This document shows, in pieces, positions 12,891-27,017 of a stretch of DNA of 64,000 bases. This stretch comes from Octopus sinensis (lineage: Eukaryota). Position 1 is the stretch's first letter, and every line of letters begins with the position of its first letter. The notes under the pieces were generated by a model, which searched no databases, was not told the DNA's origin, and was given only the letters and a program-made list of their open reading frames with translations. The stretch is from assembly GCF_006345805.1 (NCBI RefSeq), contig NW_021832851.1:32825-96824 (forward strand), written 5' to 3'. The position numbers and the translations under genes were made by a program.

Positions 12891-14049
12891 GTGTGTGTGT
12901 GTGTGTGTGAGTGTCTGTCTTTGCAGACACACAGATGGACGGACGGATAGACAGACAGACATACATACAGATAAATAGACGAATATATATATAGACACAC
13001 ATAAATACACACGCATACATATATACAATCTTGAAAAAAATTGAGTCAGAAATTCAACTAGTTTGCTAACTTGTCGCCCTCAGATATAAAACATAGCGGT
13101 TTCCCATATTGAGACTCACATTTTGTAATGGGGGGGGGGTCACGTGATTCATGTTGGCGCCGTAATTGATTGTTTTAATAGATGCTACAACGGAGAAATG
13201 AACATAAACCTCGCGCTGTTTAAGAAGCCTCCGTAACGGTTGGGGCGTGGGCCTACAAGGTAAGAAACCACAGCTGTCGATATATATATATATTTATTTA
13301 TTTAATCTTTCATTCATTAATTTCTCAGCTTCAGACTTCATTGGAATGCTTGCAGCAGAGTGGTCGACTTTAAAGTTACTCATGGATACGGAACAACACC
13401 CTTAAAATAACAAGCAAACACGACCTTGGAACTATTGGAACTAGGAATGACGCAACCCCAAATACAGCCAAAAACACATTTGCCATTTCATAGCCTTTAA
13501 AGTCAATAGAATTTTTGTTTTTTCGCTTTTTTTTGTATTCGTTTATATTTTTTGCATAATAAAGCAAAGAATAATTATTGTATGCTTCCTTTGCATAGCA
13601 GCAGTAAGTCTTTCCTTCATTGACAATTAACTTGTTTCATACAACATTTAGTGTTTTTTCAAACGCTAAACTTAACCGCATCTGATATATTTAAGAGAAA
13701 ACGTTGCGCCAGAAATGCGCTTTACATAATCTCCACTGCAACGTTAAAAGCGGTAGTAGATATTATTAGGCAAAATCATGCGCATGCGAAGAACAAATAA
13801 ATAAATTTAATAAATAGATAGGGAGATAAATGGTATTTTTCTGTTATGTCATTGCGCAGAACAAAACATTTACAGAATCTCGAGGTCACCTCAACTGATA
13901 TTGAAAATGTTATGTTGTGCTGGGATGTGATGTGTTATTATGTATCGGCGACGCCAACATGCATGTACGCATGCATGCATGTGAATGGTGGTGATGTACA
14001 TATCTTTGTATATACCCCGAAATATCACTCGCATCTATACAAATATACA

Positions 14050-14124
<75 letters not shown>

Positions 14125-14336
14125 GCATATATACACGCACACATACAAATATGTGTGTGTGTCTGTGTGTTTTGGGTGTTGTGGGTGTGTGTGCATGTTT
14201 GAATGAATGAATTTCTATGAATGCACATCGAAACATTATCGATATCTCTTTACTCATCAGTCTGACTCTTCATCTATCTCTATATATTCAGGTTTCTCTT
14301 TTATATCCATGTGAGCCTGTTTAGGGGCTTCCCTGA

Positions 14337-14392
<56 letters not shown>

Positions 14393-14490
14393 GTATGTGT
14401 GTTGTATGTATACATATATATGGGTATGAGCATAGTTATAGTACATATTGTTTGTTTATGCCCAGTGTTCTGCCATGTGTGAGTGAGTGT

Positions 14491-14542
<52 letters not shown>

Positions 14543-15145
14543 CAAGCGTCAGTAAATATGCGCAGATTTTAAACAGAATGCGATAAAACAAACGGAGAGT
14601 GAGATAACAATAGGAGCGAGATAGAAACAAAAAGAGTGAGAGTGATGGGGGGTAAGAAAGTAGGAGGGTAGTGAGAAAGTGAAAGTAGAAAGTATATGGG
14701 ACCAGGGAAAGTGAAAGTATATGAAGGAGAGTCATAAAAAGGAGAAAGAGATTACGTATACTATAGAACAGAATGAGTTTGTGAGTTACATATTTAAGAT
14801 ATATCATCAGTTATGAAATTATATATTTGCTAAGAGGAATCAGTAAAATTCTATTGTAATGCATTAATAAATTCATGAGTCTTTCCTCAGATGCACGCCG
14901 CGTTTTAATGCATGACTGCCTGTGCATGATCATGTGTGGTTGGTGTTTTTCGCTTTCGCCTGTGTGTGCCTAAGCATTCTTGGGTGTAAGTCTATATATG
15001 TGTATGGGTGTGTTGGCGTTTTATGGGTGCGCGTAAATACGTGGTGTGGGACATTTGTTTATAACATTGCGGAAATGCAAAATCAGCAGAAAGTCTATAC
15101 ATATGTGTATGCATGCGTATATACGCGCGAACGCGCGTCTACGTA

Positions 15146-15201
<56 letters not shown>

Positions 15202-15415
15202 AGTGCACGCGTGTTCGTGTGTCTGTGTAGGAGTGGTGATTGTGTTTGCGCTCGTGATCGTATGTGCGTAAATATGTGTTTTTGAACTAAAATATTAAGG
15301 CTTACTGTTCTCCCTCACACATACATATATGCCCACACACACATATATACAATATACAAATTTAACGTACATACACATCGTGTATATAAGCAAGTACCTC
15401 TTTCTTTCACTCTCG

Positions 15416-15476
<61 letters not shown>

Positions 15477-16087
15477 GTGTGTGTGTGTGTATGTATATGT
15501 AGGTAGGTAGGTATGTACGTATTCATGCACGTACATCAATATAAAATATATATATAGAGAGAGAGAAAGATATTTCTAAGTATGTGTGCATGTATGTGTA
15601 TATATATTGATGTAAATTGCTTGATAATGACATGCATGCTGCAAGGGACTGCATAGCAACAGCAGGAATAAAAAGCCCGCCGCAGTGCAGCAAATTGCAA
15701 CAGGAGTAATAGGAGTTAGGGAGATTGTTATAATGTGCAATTTATCAAAGCCACGCAATGTAGTAATGTTATATAATCCCAAATTGTAGGAGTTGGTTTA
15801 AAACAAACAAACAAGCAAACAAAGAGAGAGAAAAAAGAGAAAGAAAGAAGGCTTAGTTTGCTGTTGCTACGGGATTGGTATATCGTACGGCTAAAATTAT
15901 TTATCCATCCCTAAAGGTTTATGCTAAATATATGTTCTAAATCCTAGTCAAACAATAAGCCCTATGTCTATGCATGTATATGTGGATATTTCTTCAATAG
16001 GGTCCTCTCATACTCGAAGCATGAATCTGTATTCACAGACGTGTTTGTATGTGTATGTATATGTATGTATGTATCTATGTATATATG

Positions 16088-16128
<41 letters not shown>

Positions 16129-16135
16129 TTGTATG

Positions 16136-16235
<100 letters not shown>

Positions 16236-16271
16236 CGTTATTCGGTTCATTTCAAGATTTCTTGCCGATAG

Positions 16272-16332
16272 AGATAGAACCGGTTTCTAACCTAAATCCA
16301 AGCTCCTTCATTGGAATCCCATCATCAACAAG
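16272..16332 (-). ncRNA. Degenerate hammerhead-like motif (Penelope-type tail)
   Basis: Minus strand TTGATGA...GAAACCGGTT with palindromic helix III AACCGGTT. Stems I and II pair poorly. The tail runs into (TA)n at about 16235. Confidence 0.35.
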
Positions 16333-16523
16333 TATTTTTGTTTTGTATATATATATGTATGTATATATGTATGTATATATGTATGTATATATGTATGTAT
16401 TTATATGTGTATGTATATATGTATGTATGTAAGTATGTGTGTGTGTATGTATGCATGTATGCGCAGATTTGTATGTTTTATATATGTATTCTCATGAATA
16501 TAGTTTTACGTATGTATATATAT

Positions 16524-17173
<650 letters not shown>

Positions 17174-17384
17174 AAAGTAAGAGAGAAAGAGAGAGAGAGA
17201 TGTAACTTCTTTAAGTGTTTGCATTACAAGTTAGCCTGACTCCTTAAGACAGCAACATTTTGATGCATGTTCAGATATTTCTTTTGGGTTCCCTTGTCTC
17301 CCCAGTCCCATATTCCTGAACAAGAATTTTTCTCTAAATGGAAGAATCATACAGAGATTATAATATGTATTGTATATATATTCT

Positions 17385-17592
17385 TTTCTACTCTAGGCAC
17401 AAGCCTGAAAGTTTTGGGGGAGGCGACCAGTCGATTAGATCGACACCAGTGCGCAACAGGTACTTAATTTATCGAACCCTAAAGGATGAGAGGCAAAGTC
17501 GACCTCGGCGGTATTTGAACCCAGATTGTAAAGACAAACGAAATACCGCTAAGTATTTCTCCCGCCGTGCTAACGTTTCTGCCAGCTCACCA
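17385..17592 (-). mobile_element. SINE family A
   Basis: Reverse complement of the family consensus (GGCAAAGTCGACCTCGGCGG). Confidence 0.8.
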
Positions 17593-17639
17593 CCTTATGT
17601 ATTGTATATATTGTGTCAAAGCAGCAAACATACATCTAT

Positions 17640-18230
17640 CAGGAGTATGAATTTCCTTCACTAGTCACATATTGGATTTGAGGACTAATTTTTTAATTGA
17701 CATTTTCATAGAGAACCCATTTCTCGTCATCCGTCACTATTCGGTCGACAAAAACTTCATTCATGAGACGGGGCAGCAAAGAAGAGCACATATTCACTTA
17801 CTGCACTCGATTAGACTCGAAAAGTTTGTGAGGAACCCATTGAACCAATTTGCTGATTTTTCCGGTGGCCCTCAGGAGTCGATGAATGGTTGAATGATCA
17901 AATCCAAGCTACACTGTAAGTTCCTCAATAGTTACGAAGGGATTTTGCTCCACCAGGTTTTCCAGGATGTCCACGTTGAGCTCTACAGATCTTCCAGGAT
18001 GAGGTTTGTTTCGAAGCTGTAGCTTCCTGCTCGGAACTTCTGGAACTACCGTTGACACTGCCTTATTCTTATTGTTCGAACCCCATATACCCGATTTATA
18101 TTCCTCGTAGTTGCCTTTATTGAACTCATAAAACAAAATATGCTGAATATGCTCCTTTGTCACTTCTATTATAGCTTCGAAAAAATAACTTTTAAACTCA
18201 AACTGCACGAAGAGTAGGGACAAGGCAAAA
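17640..18230 (-). pseudogene. Mariner transposase remnant (N-terminal half)
   Basis: HILFYEFNKG...PHPGRSVELN...LVEQNPFVTIEEL and RIVTDDEKWVLYEN (first catalytic Asp). Confidence 0.8.
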
Positions 18231-18657
18231 CTGCACTAAGAATAAGGTCAAGGTAAAATTAGTACCTGTTTTTATAGCAAGCTCATACATATAGTTTATC
18301 CCGTCCCCTCCGACTTTTAGTTCATGCAATTGATAAAAAACGCATACATATATATATATATACACTCACACAAATATATATATATACACTCACACAAATA
18401 TATCAGTGTGTGTGTGTGTATATAAATGTACTGGATTACATTATGCATACAATTACCTTATTCATGTATAAGGTTACCTTATGAAGTTCATTGGCTTACA
18501 ACTGTTTCCGCTATAAGATTCAAGGAGCTCGTTGATGAGTGCCTGAATAAAACTTTATAATGTCATCGGAGCCTCGATTAATAGACAGACGGACAGAAGA
18601 ACAGACAGACAGAAGAACTGACAGACAGATAGATATATACATAATTTAAACTATGTA

Positions 18658-18690
<33 letters not shown>

Positions 18691-19599
18691 CTGCACACGC
18701 AGCGTAGTTGATTTTATTTCATCTAATATGTATGGACATACAAAATACACTCCCATTTCAGGGAGGATTATTCAGGAAAAAAATTAACTTTAGTTTATTT
18801 AACCATTTAATGTTTATTGAACACTTTATAGCTGAAAAGAGAAAAATATTTACAAAACATCCAAATATGACAGCGGAAAAAAACAAGTTTAATAACATTA
18901 CTGTAACTTGAAAAAGAAAAGTGGAGTTTAAATACAGAAAAAAATATTAATGAACATAAAACTCGAGCAAGCGGCGCAGCTAAGCATTAAGGCAGGATAT
19001 CACATCAGTTAAAATATCCTACATGAATAGTCGGCAGTAATATAACTTTCAAGGATGACACAAGCACTTTCATTGTATGTCAAAAACATTAGGTTATATA
19101 AAAAGCAAGCTGTCAAGATAGTTCAATATAGGAAGGGAATCACAGTAGTTGAACAGATAATTTACAATTAAAATATCCTATATGAAGATCTTAAAGTAAT
19201 ATGAATTTCCAAGGAAAAATAAAAAGCAGAAAACATTTTATAAAAAGAAGGTTCCAGTATTTTCCTGGATCTTGGGAGGGTCATAATAACAGGAACAAAT
19301 ACATGAAATATTTCTGTTTCACTTCTTTTGTTATTATTAATCACCTAGTTTAAGGCGGCAAGGTGGCAGAATCGTTAGCCAATTAACTAACCTACTGTTT
19401 GATTACTCGTTCGGTCAATCAATCAACAATATAGGTTAGAGCGCTCTCGTCACCATCCGTGACCTCATCAGAGACAGGTCTTCCCTACTGTGTAGCTGTT
19501 TATTATTGATACAACAAAATTTGTTTCAACAAACCGGTCCACAACAAGAATTAAGCAAACCAAATGCAAAATCAAAGCTACGAGTACATTTGAACATGA

Positions 19600-20310
19600 A
19601 AGCACAATCAGAATATAGAGAAAAAGTTTAGAGTACTTTACCGAAGTTAGAAAATTGTTCATCACGAAAGCCTAAAAGCTCACCATCACCACTTTTGATA
19701 TCACAGTCTTCAAGCAACGCATCGTCTTCAGCACCATTAATGGCATTTCTGATTCTACACTTCTTAAAAGATTTGGCAATTATTTCACTCCTTGTCCGCA
19801 TTTTGCCAAATTCCTTCACCTACTCTCACACTTGTGCAATTGTGGCCTGCTTCTTTCTTCCTGTTTCTTAAATTTCGTGATCAACATCTTCCTTCCTCCT
19901 CTCCGATGTTCGCGTATATTTTATTTAAGAGGCTTAATGACGTATATACAGCAATTTACTCAGCTGTCCACCAGAAATGACAACCAATTAAGCATTTAAT
20001 TCTTCCAACTTAATTTTCATTACTCCAATTCTATTTACTCTATACTATAAACTTATCCGATACCAGAAGAAGGTTTTGATGCTTTGAACATATATTTTGT
20101 AGCCACAATTTTAGTCCGGCTTCATGATTCCAGTGTTTTGGATGAATATTAACAATTACATTGCATTGAAGTTTTCTCTCGGGTTCACTTTTCTTTTAAA
20201 TATCAACAGTTGTGGCATTGTTTCGAAGCAGCACAGCAAGTCAGAACTATTTTATAGCATGTCTTTTCATGGCTAAATCTACTTGAGAAAACTATTGTGA
20301 TCCGTTTCTC
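19600..20310 (-). pseudogene. pogo/Tigger-like (DDE_1) transposase remnant
   Basis: HEKTCYKIVLTCCA, VISGG...SLLNK and IIAKSFKKCRIRNAINGAEDDAL, resembling pogo DDE_1 motifs. Confidence 0.65.
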
Positions 20311-20379
20311 CCCTACACACATTGTAGATGATACATCAAAATTTAACTGGAATAATATCTGACTCTCAAACCCCCTTTC

Positions 20380-20669
20380 ATGGGGCTGAAGAGATGATAG
20401 TCTGAAGGCGCTAAATTATTCTAGTGACGAGGAAGTGAAAGTTGTAGTGAAGAAGTGGCTCAAAGAACAGTCAACAGAATTTTACGGGGCAGGGATGCAT
20501 GCTGTCATTGGAAGGTAGAACATTGCTATTGAGAGAAACGGTGACTATGTTGAGAAATAGGGATGTAGTCCACAGAGGACCAGCTTCATTTTGATGTATG
20601 ATACATGTTCCCGTGCTTGTAATTATACCTGTCCTAAACAAAATGGCATTACTTTTTGACTCACCCTCG
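20380..20669 (+). mobile_element. Mariner 3' end with right TIR
   Basis: YSSDEEVKVVVKKWLKEQSTEFY...NGDYVEK*, then TIR ending GACTCACCCTCG followed by TA. Confidence 0.85.
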
Positions 20670-20764
20670 TATATCACTTTTAGTTTGAATCTGATAGTTT
20701 ACTTTAATATTTTACTACCTACAGCCATATTGCTGAACTAACATAGCTAGATCTATTGGATAGA

Positions 20765-20915
20765 GCGCATGTGTAGTTGTGTCATAAGAAGCTTGCTTCC
20801 GAGTTCATTCCCATAGCGTAGTAACTTGGGCAAGTGTCTTCTTCTATATTCACGGGCCGACCAAAACCGTGTGAATGATTTTGGTAGACGGAAGCTGAAA
20901 GAAGCCCGTCGTATA
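20765..20915 (+). mobile_element. SINE family B 5' half
   Basis: Family motifs through GAAAGAAGCCCGTCGTATAT. Confidence 0.75.
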
Positions 20916-20943
20916 TATATATATATATATACATATATATATG

Positions 20944-21479
20944 ATCTTCCTCTACGTTTAACAATTGGAAGAAGGCAGTCTGGGTCAAATGATTCTTTCG
21001 GTTGCCTCCACACGTATACTCGGTCGGTGGTCGGAAATAAGGTAAACGATGACTCGTCGGAGAAAATAACATACTTCCACTGCTCTAGAGACCAATTCTG
21101 TCAGTTTTTACTCCAGGATAAACGCTTTGCAACGTTTGCTTTTGAAAGTAGTGATTCTCTGATTGCAGCCCTCCCTTGAAATCCGGCTTTGTGCAGCTCT
21201 CGGCAAACAGTTTTTGTGGAAACTGGGTTCACAAAGTAGCCATTAAGCTCTGCAGTAATTTTGGGAGCTGTACATTTGTGATCCTTTCTAAAAATTCGGG
21301 TAGGAGTACCTTTTTGTCATGATATTTGAAAAGGAACAGCACTTTTAGCAAAACATATTAAGCAACACTAATAATAAATCAAAAACCGCAAAACTAAACA
21401 AGTTTTTGACGAGTTCATAGACATTTCAAAATTATGATGTTATGATGCTAGGTGTTTCCATTATTTTGTCCAACCCCTG
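20944..21479 (-). mobile_element. Tc1-type transposon, 5' half
   Basis: TIR CAGGGGTTGGACAAAATAATGGAAACACC at 21479; VIFSDESSFTLFPTTDRVYVWRQPKESFDPDCLLP. Confidence 0.85.
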
Positions 21480-21491
21480 TGTTTGTGTGTG

Positions 21492-21535
<44 letters not shown>

Positions 21536-21555
21536 TAGATAGATACATACATACA

Positions 21556-21586
<31 letters not shown>

Positions 21587-21625
21587 TTACACATACAAAT
21601 ATATGCATATATATATATATACATA

Positions 21626-21690
<65 letters not shown>

Positions 21691-21719
21691 TTCAAATTAT
21701 TTAAATGTAACCACATGTG

Positions 21720-21897
21720 AATCGCTGGCGATTTTCTTCCTCCGCCTTCCCTTCTATTGGAAGAAATGCGTCTGCTGGAAACGTTAAACCATCTTTCTTT
21801 CCATTCATGAGCGTCTGCTAATAAATTACATGTACCACGTCTTGCATTGTTGTTTTTTTGTATTTGTTCTTTTTAGGATTTACTATATATATATAAG
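21720..21897 (+). mobile_element. Penelope-type tail with a decayed HHR half (GAAACGTT)
   Basis: GAAACGTTAAACC at 21778. The downstream TGAGCGTC...CTAATA resembles the 35.7/35.9-kb tails and ends in (TA)n. Confidence 0.45.
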
Positions 21898-21904
21898 GCA
21901 ACCA

Positions 21905-21957
21905 GAATTCTTATTAGCGCTTTCGTCCGTTCAGTCGAACTCTTCAGGATGTAATTC
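21905..21957 (-). ncRNA. Type I hammerhead-like motif, proximal stem I disrupted
   Basis: Minus strand: CTGAAGA, GTTCG-ACTGAA-CGGAC (5-bp stem II), GAAA, palindromic AGCGCT helix III, CUA triplet. Only the distal stem I (GAATT/AATTC) pairs. Confidence 0.65.
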
Positions 21958-22390
21958 CTTCCGACTTATATATAAATTGAAAAGAGGATGTTGCTTTGAC
22001 TTGTTTAGAGTGGAGATAGAGAAAAGAGGAAGGAAGGGAGGAGAAAGCAGTGAGAGGAAGCGAGTGAGACAAGGAAAAAAAAACTTTGACACACGCGTGG
22101 GTGATGCTAAATAACCGTCGAGATGTGAATTTTGTGTTTTGGAGAAAAGGAGAAAGACGGGAAGAAGAACAAGAAAGAAAGGGGACAAGAAAGAAGGAGG
22201 CTTCTTTTCAATTATATTGTATCGATGTGTCTAACTCATTGAAATTTAATTACAATTCAAGATATCATTCTTGACTCAGACATTGTTTTCGAAAGCATCG
22301 CTTTTTCTCTCCCTCGTCTTCTCTCATTATATACATATTAACATGTTGTAAATATACATATTAGGATTGAAAAACTGATATATAAATATA

Positions 22391-22647
22391 CTCTTTTACT
22401 CTTATTGCGACCATGCTGGAGCACCGCCTTTATAGTCAATCAAATCGACCCCAGGACTTATTCTTTGTAAGCCTAGTACTTATTCTATAGGTTATCTTTT
22501 GCCGAACGGCGGGATTCTTCCAGTTTCCGTCTACCAAATCCACTCACAAGGCCTTGGTCGGCCCGAGGCTATAGTAGAAGACATTTGCCCAAGGTGCCAC
22601 GCATGTGGTTGGTAAGCAAGCTACTTACCCCACAACCACTCCTGCGC

Positions 22648-22648
<1 letters not shown>
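22391..22648 (-). mobile_element. SINE family B, internally deleted
   Basis: Reverse-complement head and tail joined without the central microsatellite. Confidence 0.8.
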
Positions 22649-22690
<42 letters not shown>

Positions 22691-24399
22691 TTGTTTTGTT
22701 TAGAAGAGGAGAAAGAGAAAAGAGGAGAGAAAGGAGAAGACGAGTAGAGAGTAGAAAAAGCATACATATATTGTGTCAAACAGGAATCGAACAGAAATAT
22801 CACGGACAACTCTTACATTATACAACGCAAAGTTTATAAAAGGAAATAATTTAACGGACATACCGAGGGATACTAAGTTAAGACGTTCTATAGTAGGTTT
22901 GAAATTGCAATGATTGCTAATCTGACAGACAAAGACAGACCAACAGACAAAGAGACACAGAAGGAATAGTGAGAGAGAGATGCACAAATACGCCCAGATC
23001 CCCTCGTGCAAAGCTGTATTACTAATTTTTTGATCGACGGAAACATGAGAACATACGATTGTCGATCTACTTAAGACAGTGCTGAACCAATGCAGGAATA
23101 CGAACCATGGATACATGGCTTCGTAATCTGATTGAATCTCGGTCGATGCTGTTCATTTCAATAATTCCATATAGTCTTCTTCTGTCATTCTGCTTAAAGG
23201 GAGGAATAAAGTTGTTGCAACGTTCCACCTAAATTCGATGTGTAGAAATATGAGCGCTAGTAATAGACATTTCGCTTCACTTGAGCTGTTTATGCCCTGG
23301 AGAAATATAAAAATGTTACACAATCTCGTTTTACTCCCTTATAAATTTCTGGCTTTACTGCGTCAGTGACATAACAATGTTTTGAAATATGCAAATACAT
23401 TCAGTGTTCGTGTATTTCGAGCCAGCTAACAAATTGTCTAGTAAATTTATATACTTCCAATTCATGTAAAAGACGTGAAGTATTTATGTCGAGTTTCATA
23501 AACCCATAAACCATTGTATATTTAGGGAACTAGTAGTAACTTGGATTTCATGTTCATTCTGCTTGTCTGCCTGTCTTCAGTTTTACTCTGTTATTTCTTC
23601 GAAATAGAATAATTCTCAGGATATATTAGATTTGGAAATTGGAAGTTTCAATCATCCAGTTTGCAAAGTGTCCCCTCTGTAAACCTGACAGTGATATTTC
23701 CTTGCTCTATTGAATCTGTTCCATTCCTGTTTGACACAATCTTTTCATTCGTACAAGTCATTTTATCGTTTTTTGTTCATGTTTTCAAATAATTTTTTTA
23801 TGGTATATAATTTCTTGGTATTGGCAATGGTGCTATAACGAATATAGCATTGAAGGTTTTTCATTTGTTTCCTGGGGCATTTCAGCTGCTAATTAATCTA
23901 GGAGATTATATATATTTATCACTTAAAATACCTGCCTACGACAAGAGGTGTTATAGAATTCTATAACAAGACACAAAGATCTCTGACACGAACGCCAAAC
24001 CATAATTGATTCACTTGTCTAAAATTGTAACAGCTCTTAATATGATTGCCTGATATTTACTAGCTCGTACATTCATCTACTATATTACAAAAATTCGAAC
24101 TTGAAAACCAGCTTGTGAAAAACGCAGTGATAAATAACGGAACGTCTTCTTAGCAGGGAGTTTGCACCAAATACTGCAGTACGCAAGAATCATATCGATT
24201 ACTTTGTAAAGTTTTATTGTATTACACAGAATCATATCTCCTACGATCTCCAAGTTTACAACTTTCAGAGATGCAAATCTGAGAGCATAAATTTAACCTG
24301 AACTGGACTTTCCAGGTTGCAAAATGTTTTAATATGCATTGTGGGCCTATAACTTTAACATGGGATTTTCTGTTTCCTTACCTACACAATTGTTATAAG

Positions 24400-24850
24400 T
24401 AGGCTTCCATAGGAATTTCAACCGTGTTTCGTGGTCTTCTACCACAACAGCTCCTTTATAGGATCCTGTTAGCTCAAGACATCATCAGGAGGAACCACCT
24501 CCGGTTTCGGCCCCTACTTCTCTACCGTTTTGACGTAGCGGCCCCCGCCCTTTCGGAGGTGTCTTCAGCTCTGGTGTTGGGTGCATGTCTTTTTTCTTCT
24601 GTTCGCTGGCCTCTTCGATGTAGCGTCAACGAGTGTCAGCGGGCGACTGACTGTCTTGTCAAATTTCCCTTGAAATATAAATGCATTTCTTACATATCTG
24701 ATCATTTAGCATAAATTCGAATGTAAAGGGACTCTGCTGTCAGTGTTTTTTTTTTGCTTCAGAGTCTAATCGTAGACAATGATTCTTGTCCATGCCATCC
24801 AATGCTTATATTACAACACACGTTCAATAGATCCGTCCTGCATCAGTACA
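24400..24850 (-). mobile_element. Possible Penelope-like 3' end with hammerhead half-motifs
   Basis: GC-rich island with CTGAAGA, GGCCGAAACCGG, CTGATGA and a GTGGT-AGAAG-ACCAC hairpin followed by GAAAC. Weak LDSE...AESLYIR similarity to a GIY-YIG C-terminus upstream. Confidence 0.4.
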
Positions 24851-25789
24851 TCTATCAACTAGTTGATTTTCGTTATCAAAGAAAACCACTCTACACAGTA
24901 ATCATGTAGAAATACAAATATACAAAAACTCCAAAGTATTTGCTACTCATACACGGTGGCCACATATATTACTTAGAGAGAGCCATATCCCCAAATACGT
25001 TTTCTTTTTGTTTCCTATTCTCCAGAACCAGAATATTGTTTAAGGAGTAATGACTTGACGAAAAATCTATACCAAAATCATTCTCCGGACCTTACTTTTG
25101 CATAGGTATTATCCATTCAGAAGGAGTCAGGAATGTGAGAAAAATTATATAAATGTTCTGTAGTAAGACGATAGAATAGGTAGATCACCAGAGGGTTGCG
25201 GATTGCCTGTTCTCTTCTTCTGTTCTCCTTTAAGCGTTCCATACTGCAACAGAAATATACCAAGCCAAGCTGAATATAAATTGCCTCTAACTTAATTAAT
25301 ATCAGTGAGCATTTCCGAGAGCACTGCACCTCTTTCTCGGTATAGACAACATAAAAAGTACTTACAGTTGATATCCTTACTATTATCGGTTGCTGTTATC
25401 GTTGTGTTATTCTTGCTATTGTTGCTCTCTAGATGTTGTTTTTTGTCTTTTTGTTATTTCCGGGTAAGTCTTTACAGAGTCGGTCTTATCGAGTTGAAAC
25501 GTATGCAAGCTTCGAAAGCTCCAGCTTCTCATACGCTTAGGTGTTCACTGGTCATTGTGATAGACGTCACATTGACCATAAATACATAATGGTCATCTCC
25601 CTGTTTATGACTGCATTCTTCTTCTGCAGTGGACGTTGCTCTGATAAATGTTATTCGACGACACTTTATAACACGATTTTTGTCCTTGGGTAACAACTGT
25701 TTTTTCTTGTTTGCTGACCCTTAGAAAGTATTAAAAATGGCTAATATTTCCTTCAGATTCTGTTTTTGCTACATTTATTCAAATCCCAA

Positions 25790-25920
25790 GAACCCCCCAC
25801 CACACATGGCTATGATGCTCTCTCACTACGTCTGCTCATGATCAAAGACGCACATATTGTCAGCCACCAACGGATATGTTCAAATGTTTAGGCCAAGCAG
25901 CTGACAAGTAAATCTGTGCA
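25790..25920 (-). mobile_element. Fragment of the ~530-bp R4-tail-sharing element
   Basis: CACATGGCTATGATGCT...CACATATTGTCAGCCAC...CTGACAAGTAAATCTGTG matches 45531-45648. Confidence 0.75.
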
Positions 25921-27017
25921 GAATTTTTGCTAAAACGATATTTCTGCTTCAGCAATACAGTGATCACTCTGTCTAACATGTAATGGAAAAATAGGTCAGT
26001 TTCAAAGCATCGATGTCCAGGTCACAAAAGCAAAGTTTAAAGGGAATAGTAGTCATTTCGTTTGAATTCTAGATAGAAGCAAAAAGGAAATAACACTTAC
26101 TGGCCTAACAGAAAAAAGGATTAAATTTTTGTGTCATAGTGTAGACAGTTATGTTTAGTGTTAATCTATATGACATCCAACAAATTTTATTACTGATTTA
26201 CTAAATTCTATAATCATATGAACTCGACTAAATTGAATTATCAGGAAGTAACTGAAATCACCAAATCATTATTTCAGATTCACTGTAATTTTTCGGTTAG
26301 TTCCACTAATTCATATCTTAGAGGATGTCTCAAAAATTAAATCCATCTCAGTCAATTGCTATTCGATAATATTTCATATAAAAGCAGTTTTGGGAAAAAA
26401 TATATCACAAAATATAAAATTAAAACTATAATAGTTTAAACATAAAGGAAAAGGGAACGAAGTACCAAGTGGAAATTCGGTTAAAATAGTGTATTCTTTC
26501 GTTTTTGTTGTTTGCTAGTTTCAGATTTTTGGATGTGTTTTATGTCGGGAAAACCACCATCAATGGATTTCGTCGATTATATCGATTTTAGTACTTAGTC
26601 TAGAACTTTTGTTTTTCGATTTACATTTATTGATTGACTAAGTTAGGTTTTGGTGTAAATGAACGAAACTTAAACTTATATCCATATGTAAAACACATCT
26701 AAATTGCCTTTCGACACATAGAATTATGTAACACGCACGGAGATTGCTTGCTTTGATATTGGATATTTTATTACATAGATAATCTTATCGTACACAAAAA
26801 AATCAACAACAAAAAAGACAAAGGATAGAGACAAGTGAGGGAGCAACAAAAAAGGCCCATATATATGACGCTCAGAAAAAATGGAAAAGTCTTTTATTTT
26901 TCGTGCCTACGCTCTTCTATGTATGTATGTATGTATGTATGTATGTATGTATGTATGTATGTATGTATGTATGTATATTTACTACGGCCTTATTCACAGT
27001 GGAACATAATTCGATAA

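Noticed and set aside
14226-14265. CTGATGAG on the minus strand
   Set aside because: The nearby GAAAC is on the opposite strand, so no fold is possible.
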